A DNA stretch of 64,000 nucleotides from positions 2,176,001-2,240,000 of the forward strand of contig OY820905.2 of the NCBI GenBank assembly GCA_963555755.3. The letters run 5' to 3'. Positions 62,150-64,000 of the stretch are shown one piece after another; within the stretch, counting starts at the first letter, position 1, and every line of letters starts with the position of its first letter. The position numbers were made by a program, and so were the translations under genes. The notes under the pieces are model-generated. The model worked only from the letters and a program-made list of their open reading frames with translations, had not been told where the DNA came from and did not search any database. The DNA is from Nitrospirales bacterium (GTDB taxonomy: Bacteria; Nitrospirota; Nitrospiria; Nitrospirales; UBA8639).

Positions 62150-63199
62150 TCACACTCGCCTGGTCTGGCACAGTTCAAACACCAGCGCATGAAACACACG
62201 ATGTGGAGAACCCGCCGCGCCACCTTTCAGGGAAGAATCAGTTTCGGCAAGCACGGGCCACGCCTGCGCAAAATGCGACAATGAAAAGCGTGTGGCCAGC
62301 GCAAAAAACTCTCCCTGACGGTACGGGGACAGTCCGAGTGAGCGAGCGACTTTCGATTCATTGATCCCTTGCGCCAAACTGTCTTTCGCTTTCCACAACC
62401 GTCGATATTGCCACAGCAACGCCCCCAATATTCTGAGGGGCGCTTCTCCGGATTCCAAATTTTTCTCCACGATGGTCAGAGCCTGGCTCGGATTGTTGGC
62501 GGCAATTGCCCCAGCCAAATCAAACACCGAGGCCCCTGTGTCCGCTCCCTGTACCGCCGCCACATCTTCGCCTGTGATTGTTTGGCCAACCGGGACAAAC
62601 AAGGCGAGTTTATCCAACTCCCGCCGCACACGGTACAACCCTTCACCAGCGATATCCTTTAACAGCCATGCCGCCTCTTGATCTAACTTCACTCCCAATC
62701 GGGTCGCTTCCTGTTTCACCCAACCCAGCCGGTGATTATCATACAACGGCGCACAATCAATCACGGTGGCTTTCGCCTTGAGCGTCTGCACCCACTTGGT
62801 TCGGCCATCGAGCTTTAATGCCGCCACCACAAAGGTGCTCGATTCGCTGGGTGTCTGAAAATACGGAATCAAGGCTTCTCCATGTTTGGCGGAGAGCTTA
62901 TCCGCCCATTTCAGAATGACCACGCGATGATCGGAAAAAAACGGAATTTCCTGCACGCGAGACAGGATTTCTTGCGCATCAGCTTCGTCGCCGTACAACA
63001 GATCACAAGAAAAGGTATCGTCGTGATCTGAGTCATGGGCAGCACTTGCTTCTGCCCCAGCGCCAAGATCGCGGGGTTTCTTCCAAGCACGAATCGCAGC
63101 AATGGCTTCGTCACGGAGATAATCCTCCTCGCCGACAACAAGATACAGCGAGTCAAGACCATTTCGTTTCAGGGTCGATGGGAGTTCAGATGGTTTCAT
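62150..63199 (-). CDS. holA: DNA polymerase III delta subunit
   Basis: YLVVGEEDYL, PFFSDHRVVIL, ELDKLALF, VFDL; lptE-holA-rpsT synteny. Confidence 0.93.
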   Translation of the reverse strand: MKPSELPSTLKRNGLDSLYLVVGEEDYLRDEAIAAIRAWKKPRDLGAGAEASAAHDSDHDDTFSCDLLYGDEADAQEILSRVQEIPFFSDHRVVILKWADKLSAKHGEALIPYFQTPSESSTFVVAALKLDGRTKWVQTLKAKATVIDCAPLYDNHRLGWVKQEATRLGVKLDQEAAWLLKDIAGEGLYRVRRELDKLALFVPVGQTITGEDVAAVQGADTGASVFDLAGAIAANNPSQALTIVEKNLESGEAPLRILGALLWQYRRLWKAKDSLAQGINESKVARSLGLSPYRQGEFFALATRFSLSHFAQAWPVLAETDSSLKGGAAGSPHRVFHALVFELCQTRRV

Positions 63200-63246
63200 C
63201 GTTTGGGCTCAAGATATTGAGAACATGGCTACCAATGGATGAATGC

Positions 63247-63921
63247 CTAATTAGTCGTACCGCTCATAGACAATTGACCGTCAGACTCCGAAGACGGCCT
63301 CACCGCCTTTTTTCCGCCTGGCGAAAACGTCCCTTGATCGCGAGCATCCCAGAAATCCGCGGCTAAGATTCCCGCCACGTCTTGCCCCGCTTGTTCCAGG
63401 GCTCGATCTTGGAGTACGCGGTTAAATTGAAGTTGGTCTTGACCGGTCTCGGTATCAGAAGATTGATTCACATAAAAAGCCGCGGTGCCGGTCGCCGTTT
63501 CGTTCCACACGATCCGTCCGGTCTTCCGATTTTCGACCGTCACCCTCACCACCACATTCACTCGACCTTCCCGCGCTTCCGTTCCAGAAAACGCGAGGCC
63601 CAGCCCAGTGACCGACACGATTTCACCTTTCATCACGAATTCGGCTTGCCCTTCATCGTAGAGCACCTTGGCCCCACTGGCGGCCGCGAATTCTTGGCGC
63701 ATATATTTGGTGTATTTAAATTCGAGATTACTGTGAAACGTTCGGTTGATGAAATCTCGAATGGTCAATGGAACGAGAGGTCCACTGGCCTCGACTCCCC
63801 CTCCACCAATACGCGGGCCCAACCCTTCAACGGTAAAACGGTACCCGCATCCCGAGACCAGGAGGCTTAGACTTAAAAGGAATAAACCGAACGGTCGAGA
63901 GTACCGACGTGCGTGTATCAT
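63247..63921 (-). CDS. lptE: LPS assembly lipoprotein LptE
   Basis: Lipobox VSGC followed by GYRF; position upstream of holA. Confidence 0.8.
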   Translation of the reverse strand: MIHARRYSRPFGLFLLSLSLLVSGCGYRFTVEGLGPRIGGGGVEASGPLVPLTIRDFINRTFHSNLEFKYTKYMRQEFAAASGAKVLYDEGQAEFVMKGEIVSVTGLGLAFSGTEAREGRVNVVVRVTVENRKTGRIVWNETATGTAAFYVNQSSDTETGQDQLQFNRVLQDRALEQAGQDVAGILAADFWDARDQGTFSPGGKKAVRPSSESDGQLSMSGTTN

Positions 63922-63938
63922 CGCGCCACCAGGATTTC

Positions 63939-64000
63939 GGGTTCGCGCAAAAATAACTTTCCCTGTTTGGGCGTCGATCCATCCCATCTGGCGGCGTTGC
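63939..64000. mobile_element. MITE-like repeat family D, partial (runs off the window)
   Basis: gggttcgcgcaaaaataactt...gggcgtcgatccatccc matches 31982-32138 in reverse. Confidence 0.8.

Overview
Bacterial chromosome segment, probably Nitrospirota/Nitrospirales (inferred from gene content and repeat families, not from a search). Left end: an SOS-type mutagenesis cassette (LexA-like repressor with an XRE HTH, inactive ImuB, DnaE2). Middle: housekeeping and envelope genes (TonB receptor, diguanylate cyclase, YjgN/M48 pair split by an IS4, HigBA, hydantoinase/oxoprolinase pair, mlaA, mreB, M23 peptidase, parC-like), with intergenic spaces packed with rod-like palindromic repeats/MITEs and GTCA-tagged REP doublets. 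One REP array encloses a stand-alone GIY-YIG nuclease gene. About 41-60.6 kb is an accessory region next to tRNA-His: a truncated nirK, IS30, IS1634 inside a porin-like gene, a group II twintron (an RT-encoding intron at the DV/DVI junction of an ORF-deleted intron, itself inserted in the terminal inverted repeat of a miniature element, beside an older diverged twintron copy), a decayed IS3, and a 5.4-kb att-bounded islet with a sigma54-type PEP-CTERM gene, excisionase, IS5 and a truncated integrase. Right end: pyrF, rpsT, holA, lptE. No CRISPR array or rRNA was seen.
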